Assembly (NCBI GenBank): GCA_964016885.1
Contig: OZ024757.1
Location: 8,122,001 to 8,186,000 of the forward strand
DNA length: 64,000 nt
DNA from: Eledone cirrhosa
Lineage: Eukaryota
Direction of reading: 5' to 3'
The notes beneath the pieces are model-generated. The model made no database searches, was not told the DNA's origin, and saw only the letters and a list, made by a program, of their open reading frames with translations. Positions 12,358 to 24,575 of the stretch are shown here, piece after piece. Made by a program: the position numbers and the translations under genes. Every line of letters starts with the position of its first letter. Position 1 is the first letter of the stretch.

Positions 12358-12659
12358 CGTACATATACACACATATATAATAAATAAATCAAATACAGAT
12401 ATGCACATACAGATACAAACATATACATGGACACAAATTTCTACACACATACATTCACATATATGTAGCGTATGTCATTTCTAAACAATACAGTTTTGTC
12501 AGCACAAGTCTTGGTTACAACTTCTACAAATAAAATGAAGGAAGAATTTCTTAGTAAAACAGTTTTATTCAAAATATTAACAACATTGGTGACACAATTT
12601 TAGGTGAGTGACATGGTTTTTATCTTGTCTGATTGTGTTTGTGTTGCATCAAGTAACCT

Positions 12660-13300
12660 TTACAAGAGAATTATTTACCACAGACACCACAGTGATATGG
12701 TTCCTCTCTTGTATGTGTTAGTGTGTAGTGAAGCCACAACAGTTAGAGAAGGATTTATCACAGTGATATGGTTCCTCTCCTGTATATGTTGGTGTGTAGG
12801 GAAGCCAAAACATATAGAGAATTATTTACCACAGACATCACAGTGATATGGTTTCTCTCCTGTATATGTTAGTGTCTAGTCAAGCCACAACGTTTCAGAG
12901 AAGGATTTATTCAAACATCACAGTGATATGGTTCCTCTTCTGTATGTTAGTGTCTAGTGAAACCAAAATTAGAAAATGATTTACATGGGCTGAGGTGGTA
13001 AGGGCAGACCTCTGAAGCTCACGGTGTAGATGACAAAGGACCGTGACAAGTAGAGAGATGCTTTGCTGAATAGGACCCATCCCACCCTTGCATGCAGGGA
13101 AAAGCGGACGTAAAATGATGATGATGATATGGTTTCCCTCATCTATGCATATATTTAGTTAAATTGCTGCATTAAAAGATATGTTTTGCAAACATATCAA
13201 AGTGATATGGCTTCCCACCTGTATATGTTTGTGTGAAGTTAATGTAACATTGAAAGAGAATGATTTACCATAGATATTACACTGATATATATTTCTATTC
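12660..13300 (-). pseudogene. Decayed C2H2 finger repeats downstream of the ZNF-B stop, interrupted by an RTE tail (about 12985-13127)
   Basis: Repeated tttaccacag..atcacagtgatatggtt.ctctcctgt units with indels. Confidence 0.75.
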
Positions 13301-13346
13301 TCATTAATTCACAATTTTGCGAGGATTTGTCACTGATTTCAATGCA

Positions 13347-14279
13347 TTAAGATTTCTCCTCTGCATGTATGAGTTTGTGAGTAGTTAGGCTACTTTCCCC
13401 AGAGAATGATATACCACAAATATCACAGTGATATGGCTTGTCTCCTGTATGGGTACGTTTGTGGCTAGTTAAGGTACTACTTTGAGAGAATGATTTACCA
13501 CAGATATCACAGTTATATGGCTTGTCTCCTGTATGTATACGCTTGTGTCTAGTGAAGGTACTACCATCAGAGAATGATTTACCACAGATATCACAGTTAT
13601 ATGGCTTGTCTCCTGTATGTATATGTTTGTGGCTAGTTAAGTGACTACTTTGAGAGAATGATTTACCACAGATATCACAGTGATATGGCTTGTCTCCTGT
13701 ATGCATATGTTTGTGGCTAGTTAAGTTACTATTTTGAGAGAATGATTTACCACAGATATCACAGTTATATGGCTTGTCTCCTGTATGTATACGCTTGTGT
13801 CTAGTGAAGGTACTACCATCAGAGAATGATTTACCACAGATATCACAGTGACATGGCTTGTCTCCTGTATGTATATGTTTGTGGCTAGTTAAGTGACTAC
13901 TTTGAGAGAATGATTTACCACAGATATCACAGTGATATGGCTTGTCTCCTGTATGTATATGTTTGTGGCTAGTTAAGTGACTACCATGACAGTATGATTT
14001 ACCACAGATATCACAGAGGTATGGCTTGTCTCCTGTATGTGTACGGTTGTGGCTAGTTAAGGTACCACTTACAGAGAAAGATTTACCACAGATATCACAG
14101 TGATATGGCTTATCTCCTGTATGTGTACGTTTGTGGCTAGTTAAGGTACTACTTAGAGAGAATGATTTACCACAGATATCGCAGTGATATGGTTTCTCAC
14201 CCGTATGGGTATGTATGTGAGAAGTTAGGGTACTACTATTAGAGAATGATTTACTGCAGATATCACAGTGATATGGCAT
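13347..14279 (-). CDS. C2H2 zinc-finger protein (ZNF-B), 11 tandem fingers, 310 aa
   Basis: Eleven CxxC-x12-HxxxH units with TG(E/D)KPY linkers and no stops. The upstream leader and fingers (14280-14613) are frameshifted, so coding status is uncertain. Confidence 0.75.
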   Translation of the reverse strand: MPYHCDICSKSFSNSSTLTSHIHTHTGEKPYHCDICGKSFSLSSTLTSHKRTHTGDKPYHCDICGKSFSVSGTLTSHNRTHTGDKPYLCDICGKSYCHGSHLTSHKHIHTGDKPYHCDICGKSFSQSSHLTSHKHIHTGDKPCHCDICGKSFSDGSTFTRHKRIHTGDKPYNCDICGKSFSQNSNLTSHKHMHTGDKPYHCDICGKSFSQSSHLTSHKHIHTGDKPYNCDICGKSFSDGSTFTRHKRIHTGDKPYNCDICGKSFSQSSTLTSHKRTHTGDKPYHCDICGISFSGESSLTTHKLIHAEEKS

Positions 14280-14965
14280 GCCTCCTGTATGGGTAGGTTT
14301 GTGATCAGTTAAGTGACTGCTGAGAGAGAATGATTTACCACAGATATCACATTGATATGGCTTATGTCCTGTATGGGTACGTTGTGAGAAGTTAAGTCAC
14401 TACTTCGAGAGAATTATTTACCACAGATATCACAATATGGCTTATCTCCTGTATGTATAACTTTGTGAGTAGTTAAGGTACTAAGTTTATTAAATTATTG
14501 ACCAGATATCACAGTGATATGGCTTCTCTTCTCTAACCTTCGTCGTCTCACCAGGAATACTAAACACTTTAGATTGTGTTTCGCATTTAATCTTCTTTGT
14601 CAATTATTTTCCATAATTATTCCTTCTTCAACAGAATATACAGATGTTTTCCTTGTAATTTTTTTTATATTATATTTCTTATAAAATATTTCTTCTTCTA
14701 TATTTCCCTCAACTATATTTCAGTTAACATCTGAAGATAATACAAACTTCTTTTTCATCCAAGTTTAGTTAAAATACAAAATCATCTGACAGTGAAGAAA
14801 ATAAACTCAGTTTTGAGGAAATATTTCACAGTAATATTACGAGAGATTTATATAAACAGTGTTATATAAGTTCTGCTTAGAATGTTTTAGTCTTAAAATG
14901 ATGATAAATAGAGGTGATATATCCAAGATTGAAAATAATAATTTATCCCAATGTCATCTGATATT
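14280..14965 (-). pseudogene. Decayed original N-terminus and first three fingers of ZNF-B, with exon start at 14965
   Basis: ATG GAA AAT AAT TGA from 14613; out-of-frame KIKCETQSKVFSIPGETTKVREEKPYHCDI; acceptor ttcttatttcag at 14967-14966. Confidence 0.7.
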
Positions 14966-15069
14966 CTGAAATAAGAAAGAAACAGTATGAGATAATACAG
15001 AATACTTTAGAAGCAGAGATAGATTTAACAGTGGAAATTTTATATTTCTATATTGGTAAATTGTAGACT

Positions 15070-15582
15070 ACCTTGAGTAGAAGATTATGGAAGTTAAAGG
15101 ACCCCATAGCCAGTGACAAATTTAAAAGCCTATTACTTGATGCCTTTGACAATAAGGAAGATCAATTAGAGACATGCAATATAGAGGAACAGTGGCAATC
15201 CTTGAAAGTGAACCTGCTGAAAGCAACAGTCAGTAGGCACCTCTAACAAAATAGACCCCCACCCCATCCACACCACCCCCTTAAATGTGAAGTTATGTTG
15301 GTACCACAACATCCAGTCCGAAAAAAATGAGGTCGTGTAGGTGTCACGACAAAAAAAAAAAACACACAGTCCACGCTGTAATGTGGTCGTGTAGGTAACA
15401 CGGTAAAAACCTCCCAGTCCACACTGTAAATGTGGTTGGTGTTAGGAAGGGCATCCAGCTGTAGAAAACCCACCAGACAGTCCTATGCGAGCAAGACAAC
15501 CATTCTTGCCTCAAGTGGCAAAACTCCCGTCCAAACCCATGCTAGCATGGAAGATGGACGTTAAACGATGATGATGATGATG
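15070..15582 (+). mobile_element. RTE deletion derivative (short ORF piece joined to 3'UTR and tail)
   Basis: WKLKDP...EEQWQSLKVNLL followed directly by the 3'UTR and (GAT)n. Confidence 0.85.
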
Positions 15583-16203
15583 TATATATACACTGTGTAC
15601 AGTATATATAATACCCTATATATGTTGTCCAAGAGAAAGGCTATGGCTGATACAGCTTGGCACCAGTGACATCACAACATATATATACACTATATATATA
15701 TATATATACACCATATATGTTGTCCAAGGGAAAGGCAATGGCTGACACAGCTTGGCACCAGTGACATCACAACATATATATGTAACTTATATCCCAGACT
15801 TCCATAGATTATTTCTATTCTACAGCTATCTCTCTTCCCCAGTTTCAAAATGCCATGTTTACGTTATTATTATTATCATTCACTTGTTTCCACAACGTAT
15901 ATACTTAGACCTTGTTTTTGATATAAACCATGTTGGACATTGTGTCTTTCTCTACAAACTTATCCCGAACCCCCACCATTACCTCCCCTTTCTCTCACTC
16001 ATTAATTTCGGTGTTTACAAAGCTAAGTGTCCATCTTCGAAATTCTTGCATATTTTCCTTGTCTAATATGTCTACTTATAACTGCTTATTTCCCCCGAAT
16101 CTCCTGTGATGATATATGTCATGATGGCTACCTATCTCACAATTTCCCACTCACCACCATAGGCTATTTGACCAATCAAACCTCAGCAACATGTCCTTAC
16201 ACA

Positions 16204-16742
16204 TTACCAGCCCCAACAAACTCGGCCATAACTACTACTGTCCTTCTAGCCCTTACCAGCCCCAACAAACTCTGCCATTACTACTACTGTCCTTCTAGCC
16301 CTTACCAGCCCCAACAAACTCTGCCATTACAACTACTGTCCTTCTAGCCCTTACCAGCCCCAACAAACTCTGGCACTACTACTACTGTCCTTCTAGCCCT
16401 TAAGAGCCCCAACAAACTCTGCCATTTCTACTACTGTCCTTCTAGCCCTTACCAGCCCCAACAAACTCTGTCATTACTACTACTGTCCTTCTAGCCCATA
16501 CCAGCCCCAACAAACTCTGGCACTACTACTACTGTCCTTCTAGCCCTTAAGAGCCCCAACAAACTCTGCCATTTCTACTACTGTCCTTCTAGCCCTTACC
16601 AGCCCCAACAAACTCTGTCATTACTACTACTGTCCTTCTAGCCCTTACCAGCCCCAACAAACCCTGCCATTACTACTACTGTCCTTCTAGCCCTTACCAG
16701 CCCCAACAAACTCTGCCATTACTACTACTGTCCTTCTAGCCC
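16204..16742 (+). repeat. 49-bp minisatellite, about 11 copies
   Basis: Unit ccttaccagccccaacaaactctgccattactactactgtccttctagc; starts at 16251, 16300, 16349. Confidence 0.95.
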
Positions 16743-16749
16743 TGCACCA

Positions 16750-18212
16750 AAGAATACTTGATTACTGTTATGTATGGAGGAGCGAAGGATAAATGGAACA
16801 ACCCCGAATAAATAAATGAACATGAATCCGCGAGTTACCAAGCACCCATGCAAAGCTTTAATTCAGAGACAGGAAGCATACACACTCCCCCACAAAAATT
16901 CACCCTCTCCCACAAATGATGGCAAATGTCCAAAACTCTGAGTTGGCAGCATCAACATAAGCACAATGAAAGGAAGGGAAGGAGAAATTATAGACATGCT
17001 AGAGTGAAAAGATATTGACGTATGCTGTGGGCCAGGTCATGATGGACCAGGTCATGAAAGTAATGGAAAGAGTCATAGCACAGTTGATCAGGGACTGGGT
17101 AAAACTAGATGAGATGCAGTTTCGGTTGTTGCAGGAAAAAGCACCACTGATGCCCTCTTCCTTGTGAGGCAGTTACAGGAAAAGTACCTAGCTAAAAGCA
17201 AGATGCTCTACCTGGCTTTTGTCGATCTGGAAAGTCTTCGACAGAGACCCCGTGCTATAATCTGCTGGGCTCTTAGAAATCTAGCAGTAGATGAGTGGGT
17301 TGTGAAAGCTGTACAAGCCATGTATAGGGGCCATGTCAGTAAAGTTAGGCTTAACAATTACTATAGCGAGGAATCTAGCATACAGGTCGGTGTCTACCAG
17401 GGCTCTGTTCTTAGCCCTCTCCCGTTTATAATAGTATTGCAGGCTATAACAGAGGAGTTTAAGACCTGATGTCCATAGGAACTCCTATATGTGGATGATC
17501 TTACACTTATAGCTGAATCTATGGCAGAACTAAAGAAACAAGCACCACCAAACTCTGGGAGAGATCTGTAGAAACAATAGACAGCTTTTGCTACCTAGGT
17601 GACCGAATAAGCAGCAGAGATGGGTGTTCTGAAAGTACAGTAACCAGGGTAACAACGGGATTGAAGATGTTCAGGGAGCTACTGCCACTGCTAGCTGCAA
17701 AAGGTTTTTCCCTCAAAATGAAAGGCAGACAGTATGATGCGTGCATACGAACAGCAATGTTACATGGTAGTGAGACCTGGGCGCTGTCTGTAGAAGACTT
17801 GCGTAGATTAGAAAGAAACGAAACTTGCATGCTCCGATGGATGTGTAATAGTAATATACGCGAACGGCAAAGCATTAACAAATTGAGAGAGAGACTGAGC
17901 ATAAGAGGAATCAAATGCTGTGTGCAGCAGAGGAGGTTGTGTTGTAGCCCCTGGGTACAAGCCGAAGCACATAGACAATATTCCCGGACCCCCTCTCACT
18001 GTAAAGTGGCCGTGGAGGTGTCACAACAAAAAAGCACCCATCACTCACTGTGAGGTTGGTGTTAGGAAGGGCATCCAGCTGTAGAAATCAAGCCAGAATC
18101 AGTTCCCATCTGAGCAAGACAAGGTCACCCCACCTGGCACTGCCCACAACAGGACAACCTGTCTAACCCATACTACCGTGGAAGAAGGGACGTAAAACGG
18201 TGATGATGATGA
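16750..18212 (+). mobile_element. RTE LINE with large internal deletions that retains the ORF N-terminus
   Basis: KLRVGSINISTMKGREGEIIDMLE*KDIDVCC at about 16932-17027, then RT motifs and a (GAT)n tail. Confidence 0.85.
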
Positions 18213-18532
18213 TATACATACTGTATACAGTATATATACACTATATATATATTATACAGTATATATACACTATATATATTATACAGTATCTATACACGAT
18301 ATATATGTCCAAGAGAAGGGCAATGGCCAATACAGCTTGGCACGAGTGACATCAAAACATATATATATACTATATATATACACTATGTATATATTATATA
18401 TACACTGTGTACAGTATCTATATATACACTATATATATGTCCAAGAGAAAGGCTATGGACGATACAGCTTGGCACTAGTAACATCACAACATATATATAT
18501 ACAATATATATTATACAGTATATATATATAAA

Positions 18533-21500
18533 ATCATGTTAGCAGAAAAATGGGTGGATAATATAATAGACGTAAATAGAGTAAACGACAGAATAATTAA
18601 AATAAGACATGTTCTAAATAGAACTACTGTGACAGTAATATCTACATACGCGCCCCAATCCGGACTGCCTGGCGCTATAAAAGACAGATTCTATGAGACA
18701 CTGATGCTCACTACCTCCCGAATAACCGACAGTGACTATATAATTATTGCTGGCGACCTAAATGGTCATGTTGGACAACATTGTGATGGCTATGATGGAA
18801 TCCATGGAGGCTATGGGTTTGGTACTAGAAATGAGGAAGGCTCCAGAATCCTGGAATTCTGTGACGCAAATAACCTAACAATCTGTAACACTAACTTCAA
18901 AAAACGAGACACTCACTTGATCACGTACAGATCAGGGGAACATACCAGCCAGGTAGATTATATCCTTACCAGAAGACGTGACAGAGTTACTGTTGTAAAC
19001 ACTAAATCCCTCCCCCATGAAGAATGCACCTCCCAATATAGAATGATAATTAGCGACCTCATAGTCAGGACGAGACGTACTAGACAGCAGAAGAGGACTA
19101 TCCTCAGGAGAAAAATATGGAAACTAAAGGACCCCACAGCCAGAAATAAATTTCAAAGCATATTACTTGATGCTTTCAACAGTAAGGAAGAGCATTTAGA
19201 GTCGGACAATATAGAGGGACAGTGGGAATTCCTGAAAGCAAACCTGCTGATGGCGGCAGACAAAGTCTGTGGCCGGAGCAGGCCTATAGGCAGGAGGAGA
19301 GTAAAATGGTGGTGGAACAGTAAGGTGGAGGAGTCGATTAAGGCCAAAAAGCAGGCTTGGAAAGTATGGCGGGATGGGGGAAGTAGAGAAGACTATCAAG
19401 TGGCCAGGAGGGAAGCTAGGAGACAAGTGTACTTCGCAAGAAGGGAAGCAGAGGAAAGAAAGTTCAAGCATGTTCTACAACGCGAGGACCAAAAACGTGA
19501 GGTGTTCAGGATTGCTAGGCAATGTGTCAAGGAAAACCATGATATTGTTGGGGAGAAGTGTGTACTAAATGATGATGGCATACTCGCCATCACTGACGCT
19601 GATAAGAAGGTAGCTTGGAAGTGTCATTACGAGAGGCTACTAAATGAGGAGAATAAATGGGAGAAGGATAGTCTACCCCAGATCGATCCAATAGAGGGAC
19701 CAGCAGTGTTAGTTGAAGGTAGTATAATAAGTAAGGTAATCAAAGATATGAAGACGGTAAGGCGGCTCGGCCTTCGGAAATAGTTGCTGAGATGCTGAAG
19801 GCCTCTGGAACGGTGGGACACACCATGGTCACCCGGATAGTAAACCAAGTCATACAGAATGGGGTTGTTCCGAAGGACTGGCGTAGCAGCATCATCATTA
19901 ACTGTTACAAGGGTAAAGGAGACGCCCTAGATAGGAGTAACTATAGAGGCATTAAATTAATCGACCAGGTCATGAAGGTCACGGAAAAAGTAATAGTGCA
20001 ACTAATCAGAGAGAGAATTGATCTACATGAAATGCAGTTTGCGTTTGTGTCAGGTAAAAGTACCACAGACGCTCTTTTCATTGTATGACAACTACAGGAG
20101 AAGTACCTAGCTAAAAGTAAACCCCTATACTTAGCCTTTGTCGATTTGGAGAAAGCCTTCAACAGAGTCCCCCGTTCCATTATCTGGTGGGCTCTTAGAA
20201 AACTAGATGTTGACGAATGGCTTGTGAGAGCTATACAAGCCATGTATAAAGAAGGTTAGAATTAACAACGAATATAGTGAAGAGTTTAGCGTAAAAGTTG
20301 GTGTCCATCAGGACTCTGTTCTTAGCCCCCTACTATTTATTATTGCCCTTCAGGCTATAACAGAGGAGTTCAAGACTGGCTGCCCATGGGAACTCCTATA
20401 CGCAGATGATCTAACGCTCATAGCTGAATCAATGGCCGAGCTAGAGAAGAAATTCCAAACATGGAAGCACGGCCTAGAATCAAAAGGCCTTAAAATTAAC
20501 CTGGCTAAGACTAAAGTTCTAGTTTGTAGGAAAGAAAATAAGGCGCCGGTCCCTTCCAGGAAATGGCCATGCTCAGTTTGTAGGAAAGGCGTAGGTAGAA
20601 ACTCCATTTTATGTCCCAAATGCAAAGTATGGGTGCATAAACGATGTAGTGGGTTCACAGGTAAGCTAACAAAGAACACAGATTTTACATGTGGCCGGTG
20701 CTCTGGTGCAATAAGTAGCAGCAAGTGCCCACAAAATACTAGCTCTTTCAATTGCGCAGAGGGTTCTATAGAAATAGTGGACACCTTCCGTTACCTGGGT
20801 GACAAAATCAGCAGTGGGGGAGGGTGCTCTGAAAGTACAGTAGCTAGAGTCAGAACTGGATGGAAAAAGTTCAGAGAGCTTATACCACTATTAGCCGCTA
20901 AAGGGTTCTCCCTAAAAATGAAAGGCAGGTTGTATGATGCCTGCATACGAACAGCAATGTTGCATGGCAGTGAGACCTGGGCATTGTGTGCAGAGGATAT
21001 ACGCAGACTAGAGAGGAACGAAGCTTGCATGCTCTGCTGGATGTGTAATAGTAATATACGTGAACGGCAAAACATAAACAAACTAAGGAAAAAATTAGAA
21101 ATAAGAGGGATCAGATGTTGTTTACTCGAGAGAAGGCTACGTTGGTATGGTCACGTGATGCACATGAAAGTCGATAGCTGTATAACAAAGTGCAGGGCAA
21201 TAAAGATAGACGGTAGCCACGGAATAGGCAGACCCAGAAAAACCTGGGACGAGCTAATAAATTCCGACCTCACACACTTACACCTCTCCAAGACAATGTC
21301 ACTGGACCGAGACCTTTGGCGGTACTCAGTAATAGAGAAGACCCGCCTTACCTAAATACAAAGTAAAACCTACTACAGTCAGTAGGCATCTCTAACAAAA
21401 TACACCCCCGTCCCACCACCCCCACCGCCCCTTTCAATGTAAAGTTATGTTGGTGCCACAAAATCCAGGCCGAAACAAATGAGACCGTGTAGGTGTCACG

Positions 21501-21860
21501 ACAAAAAAAAAAAAAAAACACACAGTCCACGCTGTAAATGTGGCCGTGTAGGCAACACAGTAAAAACCTCCCAGTCCACACTGTAAATGTGGTTGGTGTT
21601 AGGAAGGGCATCCAGCTGTAGAAAACCCGCCAGACAGTCCACGCTGTAATGTGGCTGTGTAGGCAACACGGTAAAAACCTCCCAGCCTCACACTGTAAAT
21701 GTGGTTGGTGTTAGGAAGGGCATCCAACTGTAGAAACCAGCCAGACAGTCCTATGCGAGCAAGACAACCACTCTTGCCTCAAGTGGGAAAACTCCCGTCC
21801 AAACCCATGCAAGCGTTGAACATGGACGTTAAACGATGATGATGATGATGATGATGATGA
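18533..21860 (+). mobile_element. 5'-truncated RTE LINE (APE endonuclease, RT, PHD-like finger), disrupted
   Basis: ORFs 18536-19783, 19792-20088 and 20432-21355 are collinear with the 992-aa ORF; 3'UTR and (GAT)n tail. Confidence 0.95.
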
Positions 21861-22044
21861 TACATTATATATATTATACAGTATATATACACTATATATA
21901 TATTATACAGTATATATACACTATATATATTATACAGTATATGTACACTATATATATTTTATACAGTATATATACACTATATATATATTATACAGTATAT
22001 ATATACACTATATATATTATAGAGAATATATACACTATATATAT

Positions 22045-22232
22045 GTCCAAGGGAAAGGCTATGGCCGATACAGCTTGGCACCAGTGACATTACAACTCAT
22101 TTCTACAGCTGAGTAAACTGGAGCAACGTAAAATAAAGTGTCTTGCCCAAGGACACAACACATCACATGGTCCGAGAATCGAACTCACCAACTTTTAATT
22201 GTAAGCCCAATGCTCTAACCCCTAAGCCATGA
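22045..22232 (-). mobile_element. tRNA-derived CORE-type SINE
   Basis: Reverse complement of the head (ggcttaggggttagagc...gagttcgattctcggacc) and of gtccttgggcaagacac. Confidence 0.8.
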
Positions 22233-22659
22233 TACCTTCCAGAACCAACCGTGATATAGAGAGACCATAAAGACAACCGTTGTTTTCATAGTTTAAGCCT
22301 TAAAATACCTCTCATACATGCTTTAAGTACATATAAACTCATTAAAACACACTTTTGTATTTAAACACCAAAAACAGCCAGTAACGATCGTATAGAAACT
22401 ACCACCAACTATCATACCACTAGTTACCAATGACGACTATTGCCAGCCACGGTAGCCACTTGGTAATACACTGCACATCTCCCGTCAATCTATGAAGGGT
22501 TTGTAGTAGATTAGAGCAAAACACAATCAGTAAAACAATAATGGAATGAAAAATATAAACATTTGTTCATAATTAAAGCCTTAAGATGTCCCTTCCTTAC
22601 GATATACACTTTAATAACATTGAAACTTATTTAATAAGTTTAAATTTTAAACACTTTTT

Positions 22660-22816
22660 ATTCAGACGTACCGCGATAAGAAACTAGATATGTTCTAACG
22701 AATAATCCGCGATGTGGCGAGGATTACCGCGATAGGAAATTAGATACGTTCCAAAGAAATATCCGCGATGTAACGGGACCGCGAAAAGTGAACCGCGATA
22801 TAGCGGGGGATTACTG
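22660..22816. mobile_element. Tigger/pogo-like DNA transposon end
   Basis: Repeated ccgcgat subterminal motifs ending ccgcgatatagcgggggattactg|TA; the opposite TIR was not found. Confidence 0.55.
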
Positions 22817-22944
22817 TATATATACACACACAACATACATCTATCTATATACACTCATAACATATATTTCGATTTTTTTACATTAAAATGTTGACTGAGG
22901 GTGTGACAACTGTTTCTTGTTTGAGGTTGTTCCAGTGGTTGAAA

Positions 22945-23499
22945 TATAGACGGAGGTAATTAAATAATAAAGACAGTCATGATAACAATATATTTTCTAT
23001 CACATGTAACAGTGGAATCTGGTTAATTACTCGATTGTTGTAGGGGTCACGTAATTATATTATTTACACACATTAATATAGACATTAAGTAAATCTTTGT
23101 CAACTTACCTCCTTCACATATAATCAATGTGTTGTGTTGTTACTAAACAACCAAAGAAATAATCTCTTTGTTATCAAATTAGAAGTTTCAATGTTATCAG
23201 CTTTATTTCACGACATTAACGTTGGTGTATCTTCTTCATCTTTAGTCATAAATTGATATCTTGTCAGAATGAAGTAGTGAGGCTGACTTTATGTCTTTAG
23301 CTACAGATTAGATAGGAAATATATATATATTAGGTTGATATCTGGTCTAAAATATATATATGTCTATAAATGACTGATAGCAGATGTTCTGGTGAAATAG
23401 TAGTTTTACTACTACAGATTGTAATGGAACTCTTAGTAGACACAATTGTAAAGTAAGAATAGATATGACAGTGTAAGACTGATGTCGGGGAATTAAAAT

Positions 23500-23531
<32 letters not shown>

Positions 23532-23830
23532 ATTGTTACACAAGATATAATTAGATTAATTAAAGTTATAATGAAGACAGCAGGTACCCGGTGTCGTTGA
23601 GAATGTTTCAACTCTTGTTCCGGTGTCATACCTTACAAGTCCCTGATATAATTTAATACCTTCAGACACAGTTCCAATCGTATTTAATTGATTGTAAATC
23701 AGAAAGTATCAGTCAGTAAAATATCAATTATACATCAATAATAAAACCCCTACGTAGTCTCACTAACTGCTAGAAATAGCAGTGATATTATCCATTACAA
23801 CTTAGTTTTTTTTTCTTTAAATCTCCAAAG
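22945..23830 (-). promoter_or_regulatory. Putative promoter and non-coding first exon of ZNF-B
   Basis: Paralog of 7405-8340; donor gaaggag|gtaagt at 23109; same relation to the acceptor at 14965 as 7570 has to 108. Confidence 0.5.
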
Positions 23831-23913
23831 TTTAGTTATACAATCAACATTAAATCTTTTGTACAGACTTCGGAATAAACTGGAAGACCGTCAGAATATC
23901 ATTCTCCCTCTTG

Positions 23914-23958
<45 letters not shown>

Positions 23959-24131
23959 TTAGGTTTGTTGGCTCACCACTGGATAGAACTGGTCATTCCG
24001 TATAGTCAACCTTGATGTAATATTAGGGAGAGCACTCGACGTAATCCTATATTTCAGGTTATTGTTATCATGACTGTCTTTATTATTTGGTCTGAGAGTC
24101 GGCCCTTGTGGCCAATAAATGAAATCATTAT

Positions 24132-24280
24132 TTGGTCTGAGTTCAAATCCTGCCGAGGTTAACTTTGCCTTTCATCCTTACGCGGTCGATAAAATAAAGT
24201 ACCAGTCACGCACTGAGGTCGATTTAATCGACTTTCCCCTCCCCCCAAATTGCAGGCCTTGTGCCTAAATAAGAAACCAT
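24132..24280 (+). mobile_element. Nin-domain tRNA SINE (partial)
   Basis: B box gagttcaaatcc; ctttgcctttcatcct...gtcgataaaataaagtaccag. Confidence 0.7.
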
Positions 24281-24575
24281 TATAACTTTAATTAATCTAA
24301 TTCCATCTCTTGTGTAACAAATATATATATATATATATATATTTATTAAAATAACAAATTAAAGTTTAAGCAAAGAATCGCTGCTTTCACCCTTAACGGG
24401 ATCTTCTGAAACTAACAAAGTCAATCTGTAAACGCAGAACTGGATATTTCAAAAAAGGTTGCAACCGGAGGAAGACAGGAAGACGATACACACAATTTTC
24501 TCTCCCCGACATCAGTCTTACACTGTCATATCTATTCTTACTTTACAATTGTGTCTACTAAGAGTTCCATTACAA

